Both the position numbers and the translations under genes were made by a program. Source: a virus. Taken from it: DNA of 64,000 nucleotides. Shown here piece after piece: positions 46,201 through 57,800 of this stretch (the stretch's first letter is position 1; each line of letters begins with the position of its first letter). The stretch lies in the IMG/VR virus record IMGVR_UViG_3300024509_000014, positions 8,377-72,376 of that record. One strand, given 5' to 3'. Under the pieces are notes generated by a model. The model was not told the origin of the DNA, searched no databases, and worked only from the letters and a program-made list of their open reading frames with translations.

Positions 46201-46594
46201 CGTTGATGACATTGGTGACGCCTACCGGAATCGCCCCGACATATTGACCAATGATTACTTGTGTGGCTTGCAAGATTTCTCGGGGGTCCACCACGACGAT
46301 ATCGTAGCCAAGACCCGAAACCTGTTTTTTCTGTGTGACCTTGGACAGGATGCCGCCGAAAAAATAACCGCCCAAGCGAAAACGCAAGGGATGGCCAACC
46401 TGGCAGGGGAAGTCATTGTAAGAATAATTAAAATCAGAATTTTCTTTAACAAGAGATATATTTAGAGAACTTCCGTTATCTCCCCAAGAGACGCTGCTGC
46501 TAGCTTGTTGAACATAAAATCCCAACAAGGTCCGGTTATTGGAACCGTGTGTGATTTGCGGAACAAGGTATTGGAAGTCACTTTCCGTAGGCAT
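43241..46594 (-). CDS. Large putative tail-tip/baseplate hub protein
   Basis: 1117 aa, third gene downstream of the tape measure gene; LRGPLMVVGYG and GPTDLLWD motifs. Confidence 0.65.
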   Translation of the reverse strand: MPTESDFQYLVPQITHGSNNRTLLGFYVQQASSSVSWGDNGSSLNISLVKENSDFNYSYNDFPCQVGHPLRFRLGGYFFGGILSKVTQKKQVSGLGYDIVVVDPREILQATQVIIGQYVGAIPVGVTNVINAYGFWENVGFGFSGSDEIGMPWITFFRAVLSICNQPLTTPFGGPMRWGLPTREFPDGVYYSLDLSELPIPDPYYRIEGNSVVSLYDVINKVCQDAGFDFVVELVGYTIKIRVIDRRFAPSLGTIGAIVNQPGSNATAIEHGIEMAQGHQTAAMLIGGPYEGMYGKANYCSFWGYDQNKNPILGHPGFVILAPKLPGEPAISYPCEMMNLYAQGVEDVIGSSYYFCSTLELQFAMAGIDSWMEYIEKYRPDVFFAMTGFESTRGNQVLLSGVNTGSLVQTNPQAILARALEATYDRSEARRRFFSWLSGVANQHLGKEFIVSLGISASTLDANVPFKADLRPNIRYEFDIARSAFMEAEGAPFGLSPLSCTYFSDDQSRFEPFVVYNYARLIQTRASIDNPQDVVMDSLGAYVKASLGEKIEEMYYPSVTTPYRTSQYIGYVLAGAGMIYLGGPLVRVTVQTPIFSKTLDPSGDHSIISRLLGTPANLYQTNAESSKTRIHPPPVYPSFFVVPLKSNRITYGPYWVYSGVPGRVKVEVDNELVPSNFGSIYVMNRVAMARLFDGSSRMALTEHGRVTQVDYPKVSLGQALQASGPAVTSIEISIGTGGVTSTYAFQNYSPRFGVIPRQTIDRMRKTGQLGLQLRRNLYKLAIDQNKVRQGATRASAGAFSLSMTAGAFDKFHRVQTPHECMAGFASANGSAVRLDVKSAPLHELMSNTDADSPDVYANRAITSQDALFRPYRTPTVNGGVTVNQYGLSYKSLPSTSLLPKVELPVNISSTTTATSLTPTAYPGQTDISIVTYQQANGLPCEINNWNSGAGNGAFEGRSMGLRGPLMVVGYGQDIYNPGQIAPANVDLAYRSDQHKAGPTDLLWDDIRKVWSGVGVTRVYVYAAAASGTPASGYPYVGNSLVNKAIPVYPVGSGQIKAGFALAHFVPNEGKWYSGGGGNSFDASDYKRITVVTNLVCQSGLLQVTKKTYDFLGAVEVV

Positions 46595-48221
46595 AGGTCA
46601 CACTGAAGTTGTAGCGGCCAGTCGTGTAGTTGAATCCATCGGTTATCTTTTCGATGAATAACTTTGGGTAAATGGCTGTGTTGGGGATGATGTTCAGTTG
46701 AGCAAGCGCCAAGAAAGCGTCTTCCCTGCTCGGCTTCAACGGGCGCCCGTCCAACTGATTGATCGTGCCCACCACCACTTCCATGTTGATGTCGCGGGTC
46801 GTCTTGGTGATATTCATCAAGTTCTGATAAATAGGCCCCTTGCCGAGGGGGTTAGCTCCATCGACTCGACCCAAGACATCGATTGCGGCAAAAAGCGGCC
46901 CGCCACCATTGTCTGTGAAGCTGACCTCAAAGAACTTGGCGTCAACAAACACAGGTGGGCGGTACTTGTTGTTGAACTCGACATTGTAGGTGATCGTGCC
47001 AGCCACCTTGTTGTGGCCGATGGTTACTTGGGCTGGCTTGTTTGAAAGGTACTCGGAACCCAAAACCGCCACTACTCGATCACGAACTAGCTTGTAGTTG
47101 TTGGCGGCTAGCAAATCCCATTTGCTTTTGGCGTGAACATATTTGGTTTCTGGCTGTTCAAACGCCCCTGTCCTGCTGGTCCGCAAAGCAGTAATCGTGC
47201 CGTCGATTGAGATCGTTTTCAGCGTGGATTCCGCAGAATCCTTAATGCTGATATTGAACTCTTCCAAAGCTGGAATGTAATTGCTGCCAGACAAGGCTCC
47301 AAATAGATCGGCGTTCGCCTTGGCCAAATCAACGATGGTCCACGACTCGCTGACGCTGAATTTGCCGCCCGCCTCGTCAACAGTAATGGTGCGGATAGCA
47401 TCGTAGGCCCTGACGGTATCTTGGCCCGAGGATGGCTGTTCGCTGAAGGCGTTGGCTAACGACCCGCCGAGACCAAAGTAGCTGAGTCCAGCTGGTTGAT
47501 CATTCAGCTTGAGTCTGCTGGAAGGTGGGGATGATAAAGCGGCATTGTCGGAAAGATCAAGATCCGACGCCAGCTTCTTCAGGACAGCAGCCCGGGCAAT
47601 CTCAAACCCGCGGACATTCCGGTTGGTCGTGCCCCCCACCCAGCGCGTTGTCGCCTGTGCGCTGACCTGATGCGTCAGCTTGTATTTGCGTAAACTGTCA
47701 TCCGGCTCCATCGACCAGGATTCTTCCACTCCCACATCGTCCTCAGCATCCATGCCGATGGTGTTGGTACCAATCCTGAGATAGTCGGCTTCCAGGTTGA
47801 TCGTGTATTCAAAGTAATCGGTAAATGGCCCTTCAGGTATTTCGATTGATTTGACACGCGGATAGCAAAGAATGGTGGAGTTTGCGCCAGAGGCATCCCA
47901 GGGGGTGATCTGAAGGCTCACTCGTTCAGTAGGATTGAGCGGGGATTTGGGTCGGAACAATTCATTAAGTTGACCGATTTTTTGTTGAATTTTTGCTTGG
48001 CGACTATTTGGTGGTACAACTTCCAAAGCGCCTTGAAGCGGATCAGTCGTGTTGTTAAGAACGCCACCCTTGTAGGCCAACATCCGGCCCTTCAATGTGA
48101 TGTTGAACAAATACTTTTTGACACGACCGTCTTCAAATCTGTCAATCTGAGTGGAGATAGACACAAACGGGGCGGGAGTCAGGAGTTTTTCTTGTCCCTG
48201 TGGTCCGTAAAGAACAGGCAT
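46578..48221 (-). CDS. Putative tail protein (distal-tail/tube-like)
   Basis: Position after the tape measure gene; repeated E(E)SW and ITYNVEF beta motifs. Confidence 0.6.
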   Translation of the reverse strand: MPVLYGPQGQEKLLTPAPFVSISTQIDRFEDGRVKKYLFNITLKGRMLAYKGGVLNNTTDPLQGALEVVPPNSRQAKIQQKIGQLNELFRPKSPLNPTERVSLQITPWDASGANSTILCYPRVKSIEIPEGPFTDYFEYTINLEADYLRIGTNTIGMDAEDDVGVEESWSMEPDDSLRKYKLTHQVSAQATTRWVGGTTNRNVRGFEIARAAVLKKLASDLDLSDNAALSSPPSSRLKLNDQPAGLSYFGLGGSLANAFSEQPSSGQDTVRAYDAIRTITVDEAGGKFSVSESWTIVDLAKANADLFGALSGSNYIPALEEFNISIKDSAESTLKTISIDGTITALRTSRTGAFEQPETKYVHAKSKWDLLAANNYKLVRDRVVAVLGSEYLSNKPAQVTIGHNKVAGTITYNVEFNNKYRPPVFVDAKFFEVSFTDNGGGPLFAAIDVLGRVDGANPLGKGPIYQNLMNITKTTRDINMEVVVGTINQLDGRPLKPSREDAFLALAQLNIIPNTAIYPKLFIEKITDGFNYTTGRYNFSVTYAYGK

Positions 48222-48832
48222 TAGATGTCCCCTATGTAACCATGCGTGATCAAATCAACAGAATTGGTATCCACGCCTGTGCCTGCCGTGATCATGTCCA
48301 GCGACCCTGTCGATCCCACGGGACCAACCAAATACAATACGCAGCCAGCACTGGCCTCCTGGGCATATCCGGTGATAGTGAGCGGCAACGTGGAAAAGGT
48401 TTCGGGCGTGCGCCAAACCACGAGATTCAGCCCGGTTCCGAAGACCGGAGCTTCCAGAATCAGCGGCAATGCGTTCTCCACCAACTCGGTGGCGCTGTTG
48501 ACTGTCAGCAAAGGCAACGAACTGGAAAGGTTTTTGTTCGCCCCCTCTACAAACAGGTTCATGTTCTGTTGGATATCAGATTTATTACACAATATATATA
48601 AATTTAGCCCTTTGCCATAAGTTTTACCACTGATAATCAGGGGTAAGGTGTTGGCAACGCCAGAAAACACGCCGAGGGTGTGGAGGGGAAGAGAATCCCC
48701 ACCCGAAGGTATTTCGGCAACCTTGAGGAACAGGTTGAGCGGTTCCCAGGAGAGAGACTCGCCCCCGAACCCGAGGACTAATCCCCCGGGTGTGGCCAGT
48801 ATGTCCCCCAGCCTGCCCGTGAAGACACTCAT
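48221..48832 (-). CDS. Putative tail protein with internal L(P/N)L repeats
   Basis: Recurring LNL/LPL-x-x-x-G units about every 14 aa; TAATG coupling to the tape measure gene. Confidence 0.65.
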   Translation of the reverse strand: MSVFTGRLGDILATPGGLVLGFGGESLSWEPLNLFLKVAEIPSGGDSLPLHTLGVFSGVANTLPLIISGKTYGKGLNLYILCNKSDIQQNMNLFVEGANKNLSSSLPLLTVNSATELVENALPLILEAPVFGTGLNLVVWRTPETFSTLPLTITGYAQEASAGCVLYLVGPVGSTGSLDMITAGTGVDTNSVDLITHGYIGDI

Positions 48833-51800
48833 TACTGCGCCCTCTGCTCAACCGGCTGGCTATCCCGGATTGCCTGGGCGATCATCGGCCCGATAGCCTC
48901 GGTGACCGCCTTGACGATGGAATCCTGACCCATCAGGTTGACCGAGATGTCGTTCGCCCCGGACAGTTCGATCTGGCCTGGAATCTTGCCAACCGCCTCG
49001 TCGAACTTGTCCACAAAGGTGCCGAAATTAGCCACGGCCCCGTTAAAGGTACTAACCGAGGTGGAGAAGCCGGACAACCCCTGGCTGATCTGGGTGGCGG
49101 CTTGGTTGAAGCGGGCGGCGACGTCCAGAAGGTCAGGTCCGCCCTGTGCCATTCCTCCGTTGGCGAACCCTTGAATGCCGCCCACTACGCCACCGTTAGC
49201 AAACTTCTGGACCTGCCTTTTGGGGACAACCAGTTCGCCAGGTTCCAGCATGGCTGGCACAATATCTCCGGAACCGACGCCGGGAACAATGCCGCCGGAG
49301 GCGCGCTTGATTGCAACCCCAAGGTCCTCTCCTCGTATTTTCCTGCGCAGTTCGTCAGCAGCCACGTCATTGGAGGCCAGTTTTGCCTCGAACGCCTGCC
49401 TGCTCTTGGCTTTTTCCTCATAGAAAGCCCGCATCTTCTGTTCTTGGGCTTCCTGCTCCTTCCTCTCCCGCTCGGCCTTGCGCTTGACGCCGCCTGGATC
49501 GCGAATGTCCTCGATACCCTCTTGCACATGCCATTGGGCAATCTTGTTGTTCTCTGCGTCCTTCTTTTGTTGGGCGCGGTATTCGTCCATGACTCGTTGA
49601 GCTTCGGCTTGTTCCTGGGCTTTGACTTGTCCTGGGTTCTTTAGTTTGTTGATTTCTTCGAGGAAACGCGGATCTCCGGTCTTCAGGTAGTTCTCCTGGG
49701 CGGTGTCCAGCATCTTCTTGAGATGGTCGGCCCTGGCAGCTTCCGGATTGGGGGCGGGACGATCCTGTTCCCTAGCCTTGACCCTGGCGTTATGAGCAGC
49801 AACCGCTTCGGGTCCGCTCAGCTGCTTGCCGCGACGAATCTCCACGCCGATATTGTGTTGCTCAACAGCTTCTGGGCCGTTTTTGGGAATTTTTCCGGTG
49901 GCGCGCATCCGTTCGTTGTGAGCCGCGACATCGGCGCGTTTCTTTTCCCACTCTTTTGCGATCAGGTCATTGTTGGCTGGTCCCTTCGGCTGATTGTTTC
50001 CGGCCATTGCCGCCCGCAGAGCCTGTGGAGGTATCATTCTGGCCGCAAAAGAATACTCTTCGTATTTTTCTTTGGCTGCTAGGCGCTCCTTGTAGGACTT
50101 CTTCTTGTCTGACATTTCGGCGCGGAAGCTGTTGACCAGGGCGAAGAATTCCTTGGGGGAATTCTGGAAAAGTGCGAGAGCCTCCTCGGCGCTGCTTCTG
50201 CGTTTTTCAGCATCCATCTGGGCAATCACCGGATTGCTCAGTTGGGCGTAGAGTTCGCGTAGTCTGGCGACATTTTCCTTGGTCCTGGCGCGTGGGTTGC
50301 GCATCTGGTTGCGAAGCTGATAGAACTCCGCTTTCGCGCCCAGGATATCAAGGTCCTTATTGGCGGCCATCAGGTTGCCCGCCATGATTTGCTCAAGCTC
50401 GGCGGCAGCGTTGCCTTCATTCTGACCAGGCATCTTGACGGCGCCTGCATTGCCGTTGGCCCCCTGACCCATGGCCATGCCCATCAGCGGGTTGTTGATC
50501 GGCATACCAACCTGGGCGGGCGGCATTTGGACGTTGACGCCTGGCATCATGCCGGGCATCATGTTTTGCGCGGCACCCCAACGCGCCCCACCGGCTTGCA
50601 CCAGACGGAATGTGCCGTCCCCGTTGGGGATCATCTGCCAGTTGGGATCGTTGAATGCTGGAGGCTTTGGAACCCCGAAGCCATTGGCCGCAGCTGCCCG
50701 CGCATTAGCGTCTGCTTTGACGCCACCTGGCGTGCCCCTTTCAAAGCCTGGCAATTTGCCGTTCTTGTTGATGTAATCGAGATTGCCAACGCCTATCTTG
50801 GAAGCTTCTTCCGGAGTGTAGATGTGTTCGCCGGGCATGACCATGGCCGGGACCACGCCACCCTTGGCCAGGTGTGGCAACGAGGCCAGGGTGTTCGCGC
50901 CCAGACTTTGCACCGAGGACTTCCGGATGACATAACTGCCGACCGGGAGATTAGTGCGAACGGAGTCGGTGTTGCCGACGCCCGGGACCAGACCGCCCGT
51001 GGCAAATTTCATCCCGCCCGCTTCTTCCATGCCGAATTCGGCCGGGGCAACCGGCGCTTGTTCCGCGCCCACCTTGGCGCCCGGAGTGATCGGTCTGTCC
51101 TTGAACACCTTGGCCACGCTGGGGAAGGTGGTCGGTTTGCCAAGTAGACCCAGGATCATGCTGAGCAAGGCCGCTTCTTCAGCGTATGTTTTAGCTCCTT
51201 TTTCTTCCGCGTCGGACATACGGGCCTGGATCAGCGCCGGATTGGCAATCAGGAAGCGGCCAAACCTGTCGAGCTTGATGCGCTCCTCTTTGTCTTGAAT
51301 CCTTTCTAGGGCATAAGATTGAGCGATCCTCTCTTGGTTCATCAGATAGAGAGTTTTTTCACCTTCGTTAAAAGTGTTTGGGTCCCTTTTTAGGAGATCG
51401 GCCTTAAAGCTTGCTTCTCTCATTAGGTGACGCAAGTAGGCACGTTGAATCACCGGCATGTTCGGTTCTTGTTCGCGGTATTTCTCTAGCTCTTCAGCTG
51501 AAATATTGGACGTGTCTGTTAGGTCCAGACCCATGCTTTTAATCAAATCCAGCTCACCGGGCTTGTATTTGCCGGTTTCAATCCGACTCATAGCGTCGTT
51601 AAGTATTTTGGTCTGCAACGCCGGATTGACTTTGTTGAAGAGTTCTGCTTCTTTGGCCAGTCCCTGCTGTTTCACCAGACCAACCATGGTCTTCGCGTCT
51701 ATTGCTTCCGGTTTGACGCTCGACACCATTTCCGCCAGACGCTTTTCCGGCGTGACAAAAGCATTTCGGCGATTGTCCGCAGATACCTTTGCTGTACCAA

Positions 51801-54800
51801 AATTGGCCATCAGCCCAGGGAATTGTTTGTTGTCCTCCTTCAGTTTGGCGATCGTCTGGTCGATGGCCTCCAGGATGGCCTGGTCGAAATCGGGAGCTTT
51901 GATCTCATCGAACTTGCGTCGGCTTCTGAGGACCGACTCGACATTCTTGCGCAGATCCTCGGCGGACCTGATCTTGGCCGACACCTCACCAACCATCAAC
52001 GCGTAGATTTCCTTGGTGTACTCCTCAGGCCCCTGGGGATAATTCTGTTCGGACAGTTCCTGGTTGGCCTTTTCGCGCAGCGCATTCTTGCCTGTGTACA
52101 GTCCTTCGATGACAGAGATCGGATGGTTTTTCCGGATCATCCGCAGCGACTTGTCTTTTTCCATTTGTTTGTCGGTATAATTCCACTCTCCCAGTGTTTC
52201 AAGACCGCGGAAAGCCGGGGACGACAAGGCCTGGCGGTACATGAAGTCGTTGATCAGATTCTTGAACTCAATGAGCCGGGGTTCGTTGTTGATCAGATCT
52301 TCAATGCTCTCGCCGGCCGAGGCGGAAAACGCCTTGCTCACATCCTTCGCGGCGGTCCTTTGCGCTTCTTCCTGGGCAGCCAGGCTGTCGACCGTGTCCT
52401 TGATGCCGGAGATGATGCTTTCAACCTGGAACGGCGGACTGCCAAAGGCCTTGCTGACGGAGGCCTGTCGCAGGGACAGGTGGTACCCGTCCAGTTTTGG
52501 CAGAAGATCCGGGAAAACAGGGGCGTTCTTCTGGTCTTCCTGGGCCTTGATGGCGTCGTCGTAAACCTTTTTCTTTTCCTGGCGAATCTTGATGACCTGC
52601 ATCAGAGCGTCGAACACCCCGGCCTGCTGATCGTTCTTGGGCAGCTCCTTGCCGATCATGCCGATCTGCTTGTCGAGGAAAGCTGTCCGCTTCTCCTTGT
52701 CCATGCTCTTGATCTGGGACAGGAACAGCAGGGTGGCGTTCTTCCGGATCAGCTCTTTGGACTTCTCAAGGTCATCCTTGCTCATGGTCGAATTGGCAAG
52801 ATTGGAGTCGAATTTGACGCCCTTGCCAAGATCACCGATGCGGCCAAAGGCCTCGTTTGCCTCGCCTCCCTCGGCAAAGGCCGGCATGCCGGAATTGATC
52901 CGCTCCAGGAGGGCCTTGTTCTTTTGGGCGGCGACGGAAGAAACCACAAACTCGTTCGGTGCGATGCGGGCGTTGACCGTGTCGGAGGAGTGGGGCGTGC
53001 TACTGCCCTCCGAACCCCACCCACCCTTGTTGAAGAATCTGATCGGACCACCGCCAGCCCGTCGGACAGGAGCCACATCCCCTATGGCCTTGTTCAGGCT
53101 GTCCAGCTTGTCTTTGGCTTCCTTCAGCAACTCGCCCATCTTGGTGAAGCCGACATTCATGCCGTTGACGATGCCGACCGACCTCTCCAGCGATGACAGC
53201 GTGACGGTGTCGAAGTCCCTCTGGGCACCCTGGGCAAGATTCTTGATGATCGAATCGGGCAGGGAGGTGCTGTTGCGCAGGCCCGTTTCAGCCCTGGAGA
53301 AATCGTCCCGGGCGGACTTGGTGCGCTCCCCGATCACGGACGCCGACGCAGCAATCAGGGCCTTCTTCACATCCTCTTCGGCGTTGACGAAGTTCTTGTT
53401 GATGCCGCGATCGCGGAAATACTGATCCATCTTGACGAGGATGTTGCTGCGGTCCTTCTCGTCGGTGAAGCCGATTTCCTCAAGCTGGGTCTTGATGGCC
53501 CCAGCCGCCGTGCCGACGGTCTCCCGGACACTCATCTCCCCGACCGAACCCGCAAGCTTGCCGGCGAAATTGTCGGCCCCGCCGCGGGCGCGTTCCATCA
53601 GCTTGTCGCCGCCCATGATCCTGTTGCCAGCTTCGAGCATGGCGCCGACATTTGGATTCCTGATGGCTCCGGCGAACATCTTGAACTCGTCGTCGGTCTT
53701 GACGCCAAGCTTGCCAAGGATGGAAGTGTCCCCGACATTCTTCTCCAGGTCCTTGACGCGGGTGATCGCCATCGACCGCTGCGTTTCCAGACCCTGTTTG
53801 GCGACGTCTGCCATCGCCTTGGCCATATTTTCAAGGAAAGCCTGCTGGTTGCTTTGCAGCTTTGTGAAGAAGTCCCCGAGCAATTGCTCCTGGGTGTCGA
53901 CTTGAAGTTGCGCTGCCCTGGAGGCAATATCAAAATTTTGCTGAACAAAGCTGTCGAGCGCCTTTTCCATGGCGGCGGACTGCGGGTCCAGATCGAACGC
54001 TCCCCCAAAGGTGCTGTTGAGAAGCTGGGTGGTCAATTCCTTGACCGAAATACCGCCGAGACCTTGCAGGCGCATCTGCGGCGACAGCGAAGAGAGGGTG
54101 CTGAAGATCTGATTCTGGTCGCGCACAGAGAACGGCGCGGCGCTGCCCATCTGTGCTGCCTGACTGATCAACGAGAAGGACTTGGCGATTTCCGAGCGAC
54201 CTTCCAGATTGGAAGTGGCGTAGCGAAGGCCGAGGCTCTGCCGTCCCTCGCGGTCTGCCTGGATCTTATTCAGTCTATCTTGGGCAACAGCGTTCCTCTC
54301 GGTAGTGTCGGTAAGGTTCTTGAGGGCTTGTCCAAGGTCGGCGGCACGCACCTTCAGTTTGGACATCTCGTTCTGGGCGTCAAACTGCGCTTTGTTGTTG
54401 CCGTCCCTGTTGGCGGCGTTGATTTTCTTCTCTACAGCGGCTATCTGGGCGACGGTCGCACGCAGGGCTTCGTTGATTTTCTCGGGATTCTGGGCGTTGG
54501 CGATGTCCTGAGGTTTCCTGAATACCGCGTTGCCGCCGAAACCGGTCAGCCTGGCCTGTCGCAAATCCTGCTGGCGCAACGCTAGATCGAACAGGGCTTC
54601 TTCGCCGGAGTCGTCGCGGATAGCGCCTCGGCGCAGCATTGTCTGCACGCGATTCCGTTCGGCGTTGATCTGGGCGCTGTTGGCGCGGTCCATCAGCTCC
54701 CCGACAGCGCGGACCCTGGAACCGAGTTCGCTCAGGTCGTTGGCGAAAATCTTGGCTTTTTCGGCCAGGTTCTGCCCCATGCTGCCGAGGTTTTTTCTCA

Positions 54801-57800
54801 GGGGTTCGGCGATCGGGGCCAGGAGGTCGTTGACGACCGCCCCCATGTCCTCGCCGGTCTTGCGCAGCAGTTTGGTGAAATCCTCCTCGCCAAGCTGCGA
54901 CTGGATCAGGTTGGTGACGGACGAGATGGCATTGGCGTCGAGACCCTGGTCCTGGAGTCTCTGTCGCAGCATATCAGCGATCTGTACGGAGAAGTTCTGG
55001 CCGACTGCCAGTTCACGCGAAGGTTGCGACCTGATGGCACTGATGATGCTCGGCAGAATCCTGCCGGTGACGGACACGACCTCGGCTGACTTCTCGACGT
55101 CGCCGCCAGCGGCACCGGCCATCGATGTGATCGACCTGACAGCCGACATGAACTCGCTGGTGTCGCCCGAGAAGGGGCGCTGCAACGAGTCGGCCAGGCT
55201 GGTTCCAGCCGAAACCGACACGGAACCGTCCATGATGTCGGTCAGGCTCTTCGTGGCCGAAGCCATCGATGTCAGCCTCTGGGTGGCAAAACTCAGAACC
55301 GAACTGAAGTTGTTGAACATGGCGGCGGCGTTGTTGACGCTGCTTTCCACCGTTTCCTGCTTTTTGCGGGACACCTCGTTCTCTTGGATGCGCTTGAAGG
55401 AGTCGAAAAGCTTCTTTTCGAGGGACTCGAAGCTCTGGTTGGTGCCGGATGCCACCCGACCCAGCAACGATCCGCCCAGCCCCTGCCTGGACCGGTAGAT
55501 GGCTTCCTCGAACAACTGACGCCGGGTGCGCTCATTGTTGATGGCATTGTCGTTGGCGTTGTTTTTGGCCTGCTCCTCGATGATCTTGGTGAGGGCGTCC
55601 ATCTGGGCCGGGACCTGAGCCGATGCCATCTCGCGTCGACGCACGTCCAGTTCGCCGTTGAAGCTTTCGTTGGAGTAGTAGGGGATCAGTCCGAAGATGG
55701 AGGAGTTCCTCCGGGCCACCTGCGACATCTGGTTGTCGATGTCAGTCTGGAGCCTGCGGATGGTCGTCGGGTCGATCGTCGTCATGCCCTTGGCGAAGTT
55801 GGACAACGAGTCGTTCATCTTCTTCATGGAGGAGGCGATGGAGGCCTCGGACACCTCGTTGGCAGCCGCCTTCAGCGAGTCGGTGAACATCAGGAGGGCG
55901 CCGGCAGCCGCCGACACGCCAAGGCCTATGCCGGTGAAGCCAAGCCCCATGGCCACAGAGGCACCCAGACCGGCCCCCTGGAGGGCCGAGCCGCCGGCCC
56001 TGGTGTTAACAAAACTGTTTTGTGAACCCGATTCAACGGCCGCCTCGGCGCTTCCGGCCGAACGGCTGGCGTAGTCGCCCAGGAAGGAGGCTCCGGCTTG
56101 CAAGGCAAAGAATCCGGTTTGGCTAGTGAACATGCCGCCGATTTTCTGGGCAGCCATGCCGCCAAAAGCGGAAAGCCTGGAGCCTGGACGATCGTACCCG
56201 CGCCTTGCCGTGTCCTGGAGGACAGCGCGTCCGTTCCTGTCTTGAACATCTACGTTGTTTTCGATAGCGTCGGCCAGCCGCCTGTTGGCCATCTCGAGCA
56301 CGACTTCGCTGTCGTTGATCCTGTTTTCCAGGCGGACATGCGTTTGCAGCGACGCGAGGAGCTGCTCGTTGGTCTGGTTGATCACCCTTTGCAGGAGTCT
56401 GGCTCTGGTTTGTTCCGGCAGATTGGCACCAGCTCCAGTTGGATCTACCCTTCGCATTTCGGTTGCTAGACGCCGATTGATCACATCTTGATAGCTGTTT
56501 GACCTGGCGTCGCCAGTGTTGCCTCGGTCGAAAGACTGCCTGTTGACAACGACATTACCGGTGGCCGTTTGCCGCTCGATTGCACGAGTGCCATTTTCAA
56601 GCGAACGCATGAATTCTTCTGAGGCGGCTGTGGTGGCAGCCGTCATATTAGTCAATCCGCGCTCTGCTGCGATCTGATTGCGACGACCATTGACCCATTC
56701 GTCATGTAGACGACGGGTTTCTTCTTGTTCAACAGACTGTCTAGTAGCGTCGCTGATGTTTCGACCACGACCATTTGGATCAATTTGTGCGATGCGATCG
56801 TTGATTCTGCGCTCAAGAATTCTACCAAGAGAATCTTGAGGCATTTCGTTGACAATATTGGTGCCGGCGCCAAAAAGATTGGCCCCTCCCGCAAACTGAA
56901 CAGACTCCAGCCCGTTGGCGTCGCGGCTTATGTTGGCACCAATACCCTCAAGTTGACGGGCAAGCTGTTCGGCCTGTTCACGCGCTCTTGTTGCTTGACG
57001 AGTGGCGTTTTCCGCCATGATGTCGTTTTCACGAGCGGACGCATCAAGATTTCCTTGGTGTACCGTCGACATCCGCATGCGGCCGTTTTCCATGCCGACA
57101 AGAAGATTCGGGTCGATGCCCTCATTCATGCCGATCCGACGAGCAGTTTCGTTTAGCTCGTTAAAAACACGCGTATATTCTGCATGAAAAGTCGGGTCAG
57201 CAATTGCCCGTTCACGCAAATCGTTGACGGTGCTGACCATTTGCGGAAGATTGCGGATATCTTGCGACCGCTGTTGCGCTTGTGTTCTCCGAAACTCAGC
57301 CTCGTTTGCTGTCTCTTGTGCTCTAATGATAGAGTTTGCATTATCAAAAATATTTGTGGCTTGCTCTTGAGCCATTTGATAACGCTGATTATTACTGAGT
57401 TCTGGGCGAGTACGCTCCAAAGCCCGCAATATGGTTCTTGAAAGAATGTTGCCAGTTTCTTGCGTTCGAGACATTTCAGACAAAAAGCGTGGCATATCTT
57501 CCGCGCCAATTGTCGAAACTGTCCTGCTGAGCGGACCAATATCGTTGTTGTTTCTAGATATTGTCGCCAACCGAGCAAAAAATCGATCGGGAGAACCACC
57601 GTATAGATCAAAGTTTCTGCCGTAGGTGCGGGCTGGATCAAAAGGGTTGTCGGGAGGACCACCACCACCTGAACCACCTCCAGGTCCGCCTGGACCACTA
57701 GGACCGCCTGGGCCACCACCCCCAGGACCGCCTGGACCGCCTGGGCCACCACCCCCAGGACCACCACCGCCACCTCCTGGACCCCCAGGACCACCACCGC

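Noticed and set aside
51823-55498. Long plus-strand ORFs (457, 262, 243, 322 aa)
   Set aside because: Antisense shadows of the GC-rich tape measure gene
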